This document shows, one piece after another, positions 28,705 through 38,538 of a stretch of 64,000 nucleotides of DNA. Source of the DNA: an uncultured Thiotrichales bacterium (lineage in GTDB: Bacteria > Pseudomonadota > Gammaproteobacteria > GCA-2400775); the NCBI GenBank assembly GCA_964617475.1, contig CAZTYM010000004.1, positions 2,132 to 66,131 of the forward strand. The letters run 5' to 3'. The stretch's first letter is position 1. Every line of letters starts with the position of its first letter. The position numbers and the translations under genes are program-made. The notes below the pieces were generated by a model. It was given only the letters and a program-made list of their open reading frames with translations. It was not told the origin of the DNA and searched no databases.

Positions 28705-29951
28705 TGGATTATTTTTCCGAGCGTGATCAAAGTCTTTATTGTGAAGACGTTGCGCTGAACCACATCGCTGAAGAGTTCGGTACACCTTGCTTTGTTTATT
28801 CGCGAGCGACTATAGAGCGCCATTGGCATGCTTTTGACCAGGCATTCTCTGATGCAGATCATTTGGTTTGCTATGCAGTAAAAGCAAATAGCAATCTTGC
28901 AATATTAAGTTTGTTAGCTAAGCTGGGTTCGGGCTTTGATATTGTCTCTGGAGGTGAGTTAGAGCGAGTTAAAGCAGCAGGTGGTGATGTCGGCAAAGTT
29001 ATTTTTTCCGGGGTGGGCAAGCGTAGAGAAGAGATTGAATTTGCCCTCGAGCAGCGTATTTTTTGCATTAATGTCGAATCGCGTTCAGAACTGCAGCGTG
29101 TTCAGGATGTTGCTAAAAACATGAACGTGCAAGCCCCCGTGTCACTGCGCGTCAACCCTGACGTCGATGCTAAGACTCACCCTTACATATCCACTGGCTT
29201 AAAAGAGAACAAGTTTGGCATCGATTTTTCTGAGGCGATCGATGCTTATCGTCAAGCTAAGCAAATGAGTCATATAGATGTTCAGGGTGTAGATTGTCAT
29301 ATAGGTTCGCAGTTAACTGATGTCGCACCTTATGTTGATGCCATGAAACGTATGGTATCGCTAATAGAGTTGTTGGCATCGGAGGGTATTCATCTTAGCC
29401 ATATCGATATTGGCGGCGGCTTAGGCGTGCGTTATCAAGATGAACAGCCGCCATTGCCGGATGACTATGCGGAGCAAATTCTTGCTGCATTACAGCCTGT
29501 TTCTGGTATGAAAGTATTACTAGAACCTGGGAGGGCGATTGTCGCCAATGCAGGGGTATTGCTGACTCGCGTCGAATATCTAAAACATAATCCACATAAA
29601 AATTTTGCTGTGGTTGATGCAGCAATGAATGACTTGATACGTCCTTCTCTGTATCAGGCTTGGCAGGACATCGTCCTGGTTAACGCTGCTGAAAGTGAAA
29701 ATGCGCGTCACTATGATATTGTTGGGCCAGTATGTGAGACGGGTGATTTTCTTGGTAAGGATAGACTGCTTGCGCTCGATGAAGGTGATTTATTAGCGGT
29801 TCGCTCGTCTGGAGCTTATGGTGCGAGTATGAGTTCTAACTATAATTCTAGACCACGCGCTGCGGAAATACTAGTTGACGGTGGTCATATTCATCTTGCA
29901 CAAGCAAGAGAAACCGTTGCTGATTTGATGCGTGGTGAGTCAGTGATATAG
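28704..29951 (+). CDS. lysA: Diaminopimelate decarboxylase
   Basis: YAVKANSN, HIGSQ, EPGRAIV, GPVCETGD and SNYNSRPR. Confidence 0.96.
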   Translation: MDYFSERDQSLYCEDVALNHIAEEFGTPCFVYSRATIERHWHAFDQAFSDADHLVCYAVKANSNLAILSLLAKLGSGFDIVSGGELERVKAAGGDVGKVIFSGVGKRREEIEFALEQRIFCINVESRSELQRVQDVAKNMNVQAPVSLRVNPDVDAKTHPYISTGLKENKFGIDFSEAIDAYRQAKQMSHIDVQGVDCHIGSQLTDVAPYVDAMKRMVSLIELLASEGIHLSHIDIGGGLGVRYQDEQPPLPDDYAEQILAALQPVSGMKVLLEPGRAIVANAGVLLTRVEYLKHNPHKNFAVVDAAMNDLIRPSLYQAWQDIVLVNAAESENARHYDIVGPVCETGDFLGKDRLLALDEGDLLAVRSSGAYGASMSSNYNSRPRAAEILVDGGHIHLAQARETVADLMRGESVI

Positions 29952-29960
29952 AATAATACT

Positions 29961-30416
29961 TTATGCAAAGTCGTGTTGGCGCCACGCTTCATACAGTATG
30001 ATGGCGACAGAATTTGATAAATTGAGGCTTCTACTCTCTGCTTTCATCGGGATACGAATAACTGAGTCCATTTGTCGAGAATGCAGGACGTCTTCCGGTA
30101 AGCCACGAGTTTCAGGTCCGAAAATTAATGCATCGCCTGATTCAAACTGATAATCAGAATACGACTGCGAGCCTTTGGTTGAGCAGGCAATGAGACGCGA
30201 AGGCGAGATAGCATCAATAAATTCTTGTAGAGAGTCATATTCAGTTACCCTGGCTAGGTCGTGGTAGTCAAGACCGGCGCGGCGCACTCGTTTTTCATCA
30301 AGCTCAAAGCCTAAAGGTTTTATCAAATGTAATGTCGCCCCGCAATTGGCGCATAACCGTATAATATTGCCGGTATTGGGTGGAATTTCGGGCTCAAATA
30401 AAACAATATGAAACAT
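29961..30416 (-). CDS. trmL: tRNA (cytidine/uridine-34-2'-O)-methyltransferase
   Basis: PEIPPNTGNIIRLC, RRAGLDY, FGPETRGLP and RSLNLSN. Confidence 0.95.
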   Translation of the reverse strand: MFHIVLFEPEIPPNTGNIIRLCANCGATLHLIKPLGFELDEKRVRRAGLDYHDLARVTEYDSLQEFIDAISPSRLIACSTKGSQSYSDYQFESGDALIFGPETRGLPEDVLHSRQMDSVIRIPMKAESRSLNLSNSVAIILYEAWRQHDFA

Positions 30417-30436
30417 CGTAATCGCGGGTAGATTGA

Positions 30437-31369
30437 ATGACTGATAAGCGCTTAGCTTTAGAGTTTTGTGGTTTGAACTTTACCACACCACTGGTTTTAC
30501 TTTCGGGTTGTGTCGGTTTTGGCGAAGAATATACGCGTGTGGAGGGTTTTTCAAACCGTGACGTCGGTGCTGTTTGCTTAAAGGGAACGACAAAAGCGCC
30601 TCGTTTGGGCAACCCACCACACCGTGTCTATGAAACCGATATGGGCATGCTCAATGCCATCGGTTTACAAAACCCCGGTACTCAATATGTGGTTGAAGAT
30701 ATTTTACCTAAGTTAGACTTCGAAGAAACTCGATTTATCGCCAACGTCTCCGGTTCAACTCTGGAAGAATACGCCGAGGTGACGCGCTTATTTGATGATT
30801 CTCCTATTGATGCCATAGAAATTAATATTTCCTGTCCTAATGTCAAAGCCGGCGGCGTTGCTTTCGGTAACGATCCGGATATGTCGGCCCGCGTGGTCGA
30901 AGCCTGTCGTGCGCAGACCAATAAGCCTATCATTACCAAATTATCACCGAATCAGACCGATATCGCCGAAAACGCGCGACGTTGTATCGAGGCGGGTACC
31001 GATGGCTTTGCAGTGATTAATACACTCATGGGGATGGCGATCGATGCGGAAAAAAGAAAAACAATAATCGGAAATAATCAGGGCGGCCTGTCTGGGCCGG
31101 CTATTAAACCTATTGCTTTGTTAAAGGTGCATCAGGTTTATCAAGTATGCAAAGCACATGGTATTCCCATTATTGGTCAGGGTGGTGTAGTCAGTGCGAC
31201 TGATGCAATCGAATTTCTCATTGCAGGCGCATCGGCTGTTGGCGTTGGCACGGCGCTGTTCTATGATCCACTAGCGTGTAGCAAAATCAATGAAGGGATT
31301 GTTGATTATTTACAGCGCCATAGAATGGACTCAATTAATGAGTTGGTTGGGTCGTTGGTATTGAATTAA
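30437..31369 (+). CDS. pyrD: Dihydroorotate dehydrogenase, class 1 (soluble)
   Basis: MLNAIGLQNPG, EINISCPN (Cys nucleophile), KLSPN, INT and GGLSGPAIKP. Confidence 0.9.
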   Translation: MTDKRLALEFCGLNFTTPLVLLSGCVGFGEEYTRVEGFSNRDVGAVCLKGTTKAPRLGNPPHRVYETDMGMLNAIGLQNPGTQYVVEDILPKLDFEETRFIANVSGSTLEEYAEVTRLFDDSPIDAIEINISCPNVKAGGVAFGNDPDMSARVVEACRAQTNKPIITKLSPNQTDIAENARRCIEAGTDGFAVINTLMGMAIDAEKRKTIIGNNQGGLSGPAIKPIALLKVHQVYQVCKAHGIPIIGQGGVVSATDAIEFLIAGASAVGVGTALFYDPLACSKINEGIVDYLQRHRMDSINELVGSLVLN

Positions 31370-31461
31370 GTCAGGGTTAATTTGACCTGGCTAAAATTAT
31401 TGTTATAAATCTCGCCTAAATTCAACTGGCGACAATTGAAAAAAACGGATCATCAGGAAGT

Positions 31462-32217
31462 GTGTCTGTGAATAAGAGCAAAGCACTCACTAGTCTCTTT
31501 GTCTTGTTTGTACTTGTAGCAAGTGCGGGGTGCTCAGAAATAGATTCCAGAAATATAAGAACAGCTGGAATCAATGCTGATATGGAAGCGGGAGTGGATG
31601 GTAGTTCAAGGACAGAGGTAGAAGTTAGACTTACTACGGATTCTACGTTGTTCGCCGATCAAATCGACTTGTCTCGGGGAGACAGATTGTTTGCGACGAT
31701 CAATGGTGTCACCCAGAGATTAGGTCGTAGCGGATCTCGTTATAGAACCACTTTTAATTTCGATGCTGGTGGTATGGTGTTGATTGTCGAGCTTGATCGA
31801 GATAATGATCGCAATGCGCGAGATTCACGAATTACCATTCCCGACGCTTTCGATATTTTAATGCCTGCTGCTAATACCGTTTTTGAGGCCGCTGAAGAAG
31901 TCACGGTTGTTTGGGATCCGCCTGCAAACGGTAATACTATTGAGTTGATATATAGCGGCCAGTGCATGAATATGCAATCGAATGAGTCCGAAGGATTTTT
32001 CAGGTCATTTAACATTTCTGATAGTGGCATGCATAGTGTTGTCGTTGAGAATTTACTCAACTCATCTGATCAAAGGCAAAATTTTGATCCGATGATGGCC
32101 TGCCCAACAACGGTAACATTGCGTAGAAGATCGACAGGAACAATCGATCGTGAATTTGATGGTGGTCGCTTTAGAGCACTACAAGAACGAGAATTGGTAT
32201 TTATTATTAATCCTTGA
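31462..32217 (+). CDS. Hypothetical lipoprotein
   Basis: Signal with lipobox SAGC and a beta-rich mature region. Confidence 0.7.
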   Translation: MSVNKSKALTSLFVLFVLVASAGCSEIDSRNIRTAGINADMEAGVDGSSRTEVEVRLTTDSTLFADQIDLSRGDRLFATINGVTQRLGRSGSRYRTTFNFDAGGMVLIVELDRDNDRNARDSRITIPDAFDILMPAANTVFEAAEEVTVVWDPPANGNTIELIYSGQCMNMQSNESEGFFRSFNISDSGMHSVVVENLLNSSDQRQNFDPMMACPTTVTLRRRSTGTIDREFDGGRFRALQERELVFIINP

Positions 32218-32547
32218 GTCGTCGGCCAGGCATCACGGTAACAAAATCATACTTTCGTTATAAAAAAATAATTTCCCTATCAAACATTACTCACTGAGAT
32301 AGTGAGAAAATGTACCTACTAGCAGTTCAGTTTCAATGAGAAATGTGTGAGGCATAGCTTGCTCGCCCGCTATATAAAGGCATTTTTACTTTTCGTAAAC
32401 TGAGGCAGTGCGAAAGAGCTAGCCTAGTTTATTTAATATATAGGAAAATAACGAGTTTTAACCGGCTCTTTGGTCAGAGTATTTACTTAAAGCTCTGACT
32501 TTTGAGATTGCGTGGCCCTCATTTGCCGATGTCTAGGGTCACGCATT

Positions 32548-33738
32548 TTAATTTACATTCCGACCCGCGACGTAGCCGGATGACCAGGCCCACTGAAAGT
32601 TAAACCCTCCTAGATGGCCAGTTACATCAACGACCTCGCCAATGAAATACAAACCACGATGTTTATTGCTCTCCATTGTCTTTGATGATAAATGATGAGT
32701 ATCAACCCCGCCTAGTGTGACTTCCGCTGTTCGGTAACCTTCTGTTCCTGAGGGTGAAATTTGCCAGCACTCGATTTTTTCAGCGATCGATTTCAATTTG
32801 CTATTCTTCCAATCGGATAATGCAGTTTCCCTAAGCTCTAACCACCATAAATTTTCTAACTGAATAACCAACGCTTTGGGTAAGAGGGTGCTTAATTGTG
32901 TTCTCAGTAAAGACTTTGGGTGAGCTTGTTTTGAGCCGAGCAGTTTTTCTTCTACATTGGTATTGGGTAGTAAATTTAAGTTAACGGGCTCGGATAATTG
33001 CCAATAGCTAGATGCTTGTAGGATGGCTGGTCCGCTCAAACCGCGGTGAGTAAAAAGTATGGCTTCTTTAAAGCTCGTGTTATTGACGGAAACGTTGGCA
33101 TCGATCGACAGTCCTGATAATGTTGAAAAAATCGATAAATAGGGATCACCGAAAGTAAGCGGAACCAAAGCAGCACGAGGGGGAATCACGGGGATCGAAA
33201 ATTGTCGGGCGATTTGATAGCCATAGTCAGAGCCGCCCAGTTTAGGGATGCTCAGTCCGCCACTAGCGATGACGAGTGAGTTACAAGAGTAAGTACCTGT
33301 ATCGCTTATGACGGCATAACCAGTCTCTGTTTTCCTTGTTTGCTCGATTTGGCTGTGTGTTTTTATTTCTACCTTAGCCTCATTGCACTCGTGCAACAAC
33401 ATATTAAGAATATCTTTTGAGGATTGATCACAAAATAATTGACCGTGGGTTTTTTCATGGTAGGCAATATGATGTTTCTCAACTAACTGGATAAAATCCC
33501 ATTGGTTATATTGACTAAGAGCAGATTTACAAAAGTGTGGGTTAGTGCTGATAAAATTAGTAGGCTCGGTAAACAGGTTGGTAAAGTTACATCTGCCGCC
33601 GCCGGACATAAGAATTTTCTTGCCGACTTTGTTCGAGCGCTCTATTAGTAGCACTTTTTTGCCACGCTGTGCGGCAGTAAACGCGCACATCAATCCTGCG
33701 GCACCAGCGCCTATAATAATGACATCGTAGTGGATCAT
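32548..33738 (-). CDS. HI0933/YhiN family flavoprotein
   Basis: GAGAAG, GKKILMSGGGRCNFTN, LFTHRGLSGP and GGFNFQWAWSSG. Confidence 0.93.
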   Translation of the reverse strand: MIHYDVIIIGAGAAGLMCAFTAAQRGKKVLLIERSNKVGKKILMSGGGRCNFTNLFTEPTNFISTNPHFCKSALSQYNQWDFIQLVEKHHIAYHEKTHGQLFCDQSSKDILNMLLHECNEAKVEIKTHSQIEQTRKTETGYAVISDTGTYSCNSLVIASGGLSIPKLGGSDYGYQIARQFSIPVIPPRAALVPLTFGDPYLSIFSTLSGLSIDANVSVNNTSFKEAILFTHRGLSGPAILQASSYWQLSEPVNLNLLPNTNVEEKLLGSKQAHPKSLLRTQLSTLLPKALVIQLENLWWLELRETALSDWKNSKLKSIAEKIECWQISPSGTEGYRTAEVTLGGVDTHHLSSKTMESNKHRGLYFIGEVVDVTGHLGGFNFQWAWSSGYVAGRNVN

Positions 33739-33862
33739 TGAGTGAACTGTATGAATTAGTCGTTTAAGTCTTTGATTATGTAGTGAACTATAACCATGTT
33801 TTGGCCAAATAAATTTGCTAGCATAAACAAATTACATTGCCACAATAGCTGGGTACACTTTT

Positions 33863-35053
33863 TTGAGACGTATTCCATTCATATTCTTTCTCATATTCAC
33901 TTTGTCCGCCTGTGGTGGTAGCGACAGTACTTCACAGATTGAGAGTGAGCAGCCTTCACCTATTACCGTTACGCTACAGCAGGTATTTTCTGGCCTAGAT
34001 TTTGAGCAATTACTAGGCCTGGTGCAAATACCAGGTGATGATAGTAAATGGTATGCAGTTGAACGAACAGGTCGTATTTGGGAGTTTGACAATAATGATT
34101 CGGTAACTCAACGGAGATTATTTCTTGACCTGAGTAATGTGGTTAATGCCGATGCGCAAGAAGCCGGTTTACTAGGGTTCGCATTTCACCCCAATTATCT
34201 CACTAATGGCGAGGCGTTTGTTTCATTTGTCCGCGGTAGTTCAGAGCTTACATCCACACTTTCTCGATTTCGAACGTTGAATAATGGTCAGACTCTGGAC
34301 GTATCAACAGAAGAAGTGATTTTAACTATTGCACAGCCTTTCGCCAATCATAATGGAGGCCATGTTGTATTCGGTCTAGATGGGTTGCTTTATATGTCAT
34401 TTGGTGATGGTGGTAGTGCTAATGACCCCCTAAATAATGCACAGGACAAAACAAATCTTCATGGATCGATTATTCGCATTGATGTCGATAATGGTACGCC
34501 ATATCAAATACCATCGACTAACCCGTTTTCAATGAATGCATTATGTACGCAAGGAGTAGGCGTAGTTGCATGTCCTGAAATATTTGCTTATGGCCTAAGA
34601 AATACCTGGCGCTTTAATTTTGATATAAGCGATGCTCGTATCTGGGGAGCCGATGTCGGTCAGAGTCTATATGAAGAAGTAAATATTATTGAGCAGGGAA
34701 ATAATTATGGTTGGCGTATAAGAGAGGGTGCGCGCTGCAATGCAGTGGTAAATAGTCAATGTGACCTCATGGGCTTGGTTGACCCTGTTTGGGAATATGG
34801 TCGTAGTCTTGGTCGGTCAGTCACTGGTGGCTATGTTTACCGCGGTGAGAATATAGCCAGTTTGCAGGCTACTTACGTGTTTGGTGATTTCGTCTCAGGA
34901 ATGATATGGGGTTTTCCTATAGAGGCAACACAGGATGCGTTTCCATTGATAGATTCAAACGTCTTGATATCATCATTTGCGCAAGCCAATAATGGCGAAC
35001 TATTTGTGTTAGATCTTGGTGGTGATATTTTTCAGATTGTTGCTGAAAACTAA
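33863..35053 (+). CDS. PQQ-dependent sugar (glucose/sorbosone) dehydrogenase family lipoprotein
   Basis: LSAC lipobox, GLLG.AFHP, NHNGG, GDGG, YGLRN.WR, GNNYGW and SVTGGYVYRG. Confidence 0.88.
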   Translation: MRRIPFIFFLIFTLSACGGSDSTSQIESEQPSPITVTLQQVFSGLDFEQLLGLVQIPGDDSKWYAVERTGRIWEFDNNDSVTQRRLFLDLSNVVNADAQEAGLLGFAFHPNYLTNGEAFVSFVRGSSELTSTLSRFRTLNNGQTLDVSTEEVILTIAQPFANHNGGHVVFGLDGLLYMSFGDGGSANDPLNNAQDKTNLHGSIIRIDVDNGTPYQIPSTNPFSMNALCTQGVGVVACPEIFAYGLRNTWRFNFDISDARIWGADVGQSLYEEVNIIEQGNNYGWRIREGARCNAVVNSQCDLMGLVDPVWEYGRSLGRSVTGGYVYRGENIASLQATYVFGDFVSGMIWGFPIEATQDAFPLIDSNVLISSFAQANNGELFVLDLGGDIFQIVAEN

Positions 35054-35163
35054 TAGTCACTCTTTTTTAGAGTATAGATAGAGATTAATCTTCGCTTAGT
35101 GGAATTAAATATATAAGAAACTATTAGTAGTTAGTTAAACGGGTGTAATTACGGAAATTAACA

Positions 35164-35544
35164 ATGAAAATCACATTAGAAACGGAACCACATTTGCTTA
35201 GCATATTAGCCGAGCTGAAAAATTTGGAAATTGGCTTGCACTTTCCTAATCAAGGTAAGAGTAACAATGAACTAGATGACATGATGCTAGCGTCTTTTTG
35301 GGAGGTCGGTGCATCAGGCGGATGTTATGACAAAGAGTTTGTTTTGGCTTGTCTAGCTGAGCGCGCCAAGGAGCAGCCTAAAGTCGAGTTTAGTGATTTT
35401 TTCTGTAGTCAGATTGAGGGTGAAAGTTATTTATTGGCATATACTCAAAAAGAGCCTAAGCGCATTACACGACGCAGCGCGATTTGGCAACGAACTGACA
35501 ACGGCTGGAAAAACCACTATCACCAGGGAACAGTGGTTGTCTAA
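35164..35544 (+). CDS. DUF4440/SnoaL-like (NTF2-fold) protein
   Basis: FWEVGASG, RRSAIW....GW...YHQGT. Confidence 0.8.
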   Translation: MKITLETEPHLLSILAELKNLEIGLHFPNQGKSNNELDDMMLASFWEVGASGGCYDKEFVLACLAERAKEQPKVEFSDFFCSQIEGESYLLAYTQKEPKRITRRSAIWQRTDNGWKNHYHQGTVVV

Positions 35545-35556
35545 TAGAAAGTCATT

Positions 35557-35802
35557 ATGCGCCGATGGTTGAAGCTAGCTGCCCAACCTAGGGTGGTACA
35601 AAACGCAGCTAAAGTGGCATTACTTGTAGGCTCTATATTAGCCTTGATCAATCATGGCAGCGCGATATGGCAGCTATCACTGAGCCCGATAGCAATGCTA
35701 CAAATCGTGGCGACGTATTTCGTGCCTTATTGCGTAGCAACTTATTCTTCCGTCTCGATGCTACAAAGCCAGGCACTTAAAGAGAAAGATTCAACTCCTT
35801 AA
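35557..35802 (+). CDS. nrtS: NrtS-family small nitrate/nitrite transporter
   Basis: VALLVG..L..INHG...TY.VPYCVATY motif in 81 aa. Confidence 0.75.
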   Translation: MRRWLKLAAQPRVVQNAAKVALLVGSILALINHGSAIWQLSLSPIAMLQIVATYFVPYCVATYSSVSMLQSQALKEKDSTP

Positions 35803-37186
35803 TTTTACGCGTTAGAGTGTTGCGGCCCCAGCCTAACAACTGCGCGGCAATTTGCCGTTTGCCACCGGTATGTCTTAGCGCAGTTTCTATCATAATACGC
35901 TCAAACTCAGGTGTGGCTTCCGAAAGTATTTGGCGTTCGCCTTGCGAGAGCTTCAATTCCGCCCATCGACGAAGTACTTGTTGCCAGTCTTGATCGTTGC
36001 CACCGGCTGACTCTATCTCAGTATCTTTTTTCAGTTCTTGAGGCAGGTCTTCAACACGAATATGCTGGCCTGGAGTCATCACTGTAAGCCAGCGACAGGT
36101 ATTTTCAAGCTGACGCACGTTACCGCGCCAGTCAAGCCGTGATAAAAGTTCGCGTGCGTCCTTCTCCAATACTTTGCTTTCGACTTCTAATTCACGAGCA
36201 GCATTTTTTAGGAAAAAATCAAGCAAAAGCGGTATGTCTTCACGGCGTTCTCTTAGAGCTGGAATATGAACACGAATGACGTTGAGGCGGTGAAACAAGT
36301 CTTCACGAAAATGGCCATCGTTGACCAGGTTTTCTAGGTTCTGATGGGTTGCTGCGATAATGCGTACGTCTACTTTAATCGGAGTATGGCCGCCAACACG
36401 GTAAAACACACCATCCGCCAGTACTCTTAATAATCTCGTTTGTAACTCCGCAGGCATATCACCAATTTCATCGAGAAATAAAGTACCGCCATCAGCTTGT
36501 TCAAAACGACCTTTGCGCTGGGTGTTGGCACCAGTGAAGGCGCCACGCTCATGGCCAAATAATTCTGATTCGAGCAAGTCTCGTGGAATAGCAGCCATGT
36601 TGAGTGCAATAAAGTCGCCACTGGCACGTGGGCTGTGTCGATGCAGTGCAGCAGCGACTAACTCCTTCCCGGTACCGGTTTCTCCGTTAATCAGTACGGT
36701 CACATTCGAACGTGATAAGCGACCGATAGCGCGAAAGACTTCTTGCATGGCGGGTGCTTCGCCAATGATTTCGCTAGGGCGGTTTGTTTCAGCTTTTAGT
36801 TTTAACGGCTTCGAGAGGTTTTGCTGTTGCTCGACAGCATGTTGTACCAGCTCAATGGCATCATCAACATCAAAGGGTTTGGGTAAATATTCAAACGCAC
36901 CCCCCTGGTAGGCTGATACAGCGCTGTCTAAATCAGAATGTGCAGTCATAATAATAACAGGCAGTTCTGGGTGGCTGGTATGGATACCTTCAAGCAGTTC
37001 CAGGCCATTGATACCCGGCATACGAATATCTGCGAAAATCGCGTCTGGTGTTTGCTGTGAAAGCTTGTCCATCACACCGTTAGCATTCTCAAAAGTCGTC
37101 ACGCCCATTTGCGCGCGTGTCAGTGCTTTTTCTAGCACCCAGCGGATCGACCTATCATCGTCGATTACCCATATATTATTCGTCAC
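35777..37186 (-). CDS. ntrC: Nitrogen regulation protein NR(I)
   Basis: REC domain, GETGTGKE, GAFTGA, WRGNVRQLEN and HTH LLGWGRNTLTRK. Confidence 0.97.
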   Translation of the reverse strand: MTNNIWVIDDDRSIRWVLEKALTRAQMGVTTFENANGVMDKLSQQTPDAIFADIRMPGINGLELLEGIHTSHPELPVIIMTAHSDLDSAVSAYQGGAFEYLPKPFDVDDAIELVQHAVEQQQNLSKPLKLKAETNRPSEIIGEAPAMQEVFRAIGRLSRSNVTVLINGETGTGKELVAAALHRHSPRASGDFIALNMAAIPRDLLESELFGHERGAFTGANTQRKGRFEQADGGTLFLDEIGDMPAELQTRLLRVLADGVFYRVGGHTPIKVDVRIIAATHQNLENLVNDGHFREDLFHRLNVIRVHIPALRERREDIPLLLDFFLKNAARELEVESKVLEKDARELLSRLDWRGNVRQLENTCRWLTVMTPGQHIRVEDLPQELKKDTEIESAGGNDQDWQQVLRRWAELKLSQGERQILSEATPEFERIMIETALRHTGGKRQIAAQLLGWGRNTLTRKIKELNLSL

Positions 37187-38268
37187 TATTCATCTCCATT
37201 AGGGTTCGCCAACGGTAAAACGATGCTAAAAACGGTATTGCCTGGTTCGCTCTCGCATTCAATAACACCGCCATGCTGGTGCAGTAAGGATTGAGCAATG
37301 GCTAGCCCTAAACCGCTGCCATTAGCACGCATACTTACCATTGGATAAAATATTTTTTCTATCATTTCTTCAGGAATACCTGGGCCGGTATCGCGAATTT
37401 CCAGTCTCAGAGCCAAATTATGGCGTTGTCCGCCAATGTTGATATAACGCTCTGCGCGAGTACGTAAGGTAATAGTGCCAACACCGTTTAACGCTTGAGC
37501 AGCATTACGCGTAATATTAAGCACAACCTGAACTAACTGATCTGCGTCGGCATTCAGCAGCGGTATGCTGGGGTCATAATCGCGTTTTAGCACTAAGGTG
37601 TCTTCAGCTTCTGCCAACACCAGTGTACGCACATGCTCTAACACCTGGTGAATATTGATTTCTTCATTGTGAGGCAGGGTGTTGGGCCCAAGCATTTTAT
37701 TCAACAGATTTTGTAAGCGATCAGCCTCGCTGATAATAACGTCGGTATATTCCTTGAGGCTGATATCAGGTAATTCGGCTTCAAGTAACTGCGCCGCACC
37801 GCGCAGTCCGCCCAAAGGGTTTTTTATTTCGTGCGCAAGACCGCGAACCACTTCGCGTGATATTTCGTATTGCGACAAACGCTGCTCTTCACGAGTGATA
37901 TGCACGTGATTATCGATATCCTTCATTTCCAACAATAAACATTGTTCATCTACCGACTGACCAAATGGTGTCACTGTATAGTCCACAGTGATTTCTCGTG
38001 AACCGTTAACAGGTAAGCTGATTTGATACTCTGTAAACATATGTCCCTTATCCAAGGCACCCTCGAGTTTTTCGACCAATTCAGCAGCGCGCGGCATAAG
38101 CTTGCTAAGCAACACGCCCTCGGCCTGCTTGCGGCTCATTGCCAACAGGTTTTCCCCCGCTGGGTTGATAAACATGAGTCTTAGCTCGCTATCAAACGCC
38201 AATACCGTTGTACTGAGGTTGTCTAAAATCGGCCAAGGCAAGTTCAGCGCGGTCTCTGATCTGGGCAT
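37186..38268 (-). CDS. ntrB: Nitrogen regulation protein NR(II)
   Basis: PAS domain, LAHEIKNPLGGLRGAAQLL, DYDPSIP and GSGLGL. ATG 38268 is preferred over TTG 38352 because the promoter elements lie between them. Confidence 0.95.
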   Translation of the reverse strand: MPRSETALNLPWPILDNLSTTVLAFDSELRLMFINPAGENLLAMSRKQAEGVLLSKLMPRAAELVEKLEGALDKGHMFTEYQISLPVNGSREITVDYTVTPFGQSVDEQCLLLEMKDIDNHVHITREEQRLSQYEISREVVRGLAHEIKNPLGGLRGAAQLLEAELPDISLKEYTDVIISEADRLQNLLNKMLGPNTLPHNEEINIHQVLEHVRTLVLAEAEDTLVLKRDYDPSIPLLNADADQLVQVVLNITRNAAQALNGVGTITLRTRAERYINIGGQRHNLALRLEIRDTGPGIPEEMIEKIFYPMVSMRANGSGLGLAIAQSLLHQHGGVIECESEPGNTVFSIVLPLANPNGDE

Positions 38269-38279
38269 GTCAGAACTAG

Positions 38280-38472
38280 TGCAATTTGGGAACCAACTTA
38301 TCTCGCTTTGCCGTTGTTTTTCGAGATTGGGCTTATTTCGCTTTATACTCAAAATAAATACTTAAATGTTTTTTTAAATCAATGACTTAAAAATCTTTGG
38401 CTGTGAGGACTTTATTCCGTAAATGAATGGCTGAATAGCCAAGCATAGCAATTTATGCACAATAATAGTGCA
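38280..38472 (-). promoter_or_regulatory. Sigma54 promoter, IHF site and NtrC site upstream of ntrB
   Basis: Minus strand TTGG-ttcccaaatt-GCA (38280-38296). IHF site AATCAAtgacTTA (38377-38389). NtrC site TGCACAATAATAGTGCA (38456-38472). Confidence 0.65.
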
Positions 38473-38538
38473 TTATTGAGTTCGGGTAAAAATATTTGCC
38501 CAAAAATGGGAGTGGGGCGGAGCGACCTTATGATTTGC

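Noticed and set aside
28638-28862. 74-aa minus-strand ORF
   Set aside because: Antisense to lptM and lysA, which explain the region.
35074-35110. Fourth OxyR-like box (ATAG-N7-TTAA-N7-TTAG-N7-AAAT) before the DUF4440 gene
   Set aside because: Weaker match in very AT-rich DNA, without the CAATTT end or the -10 hexamer at the conserved distance.
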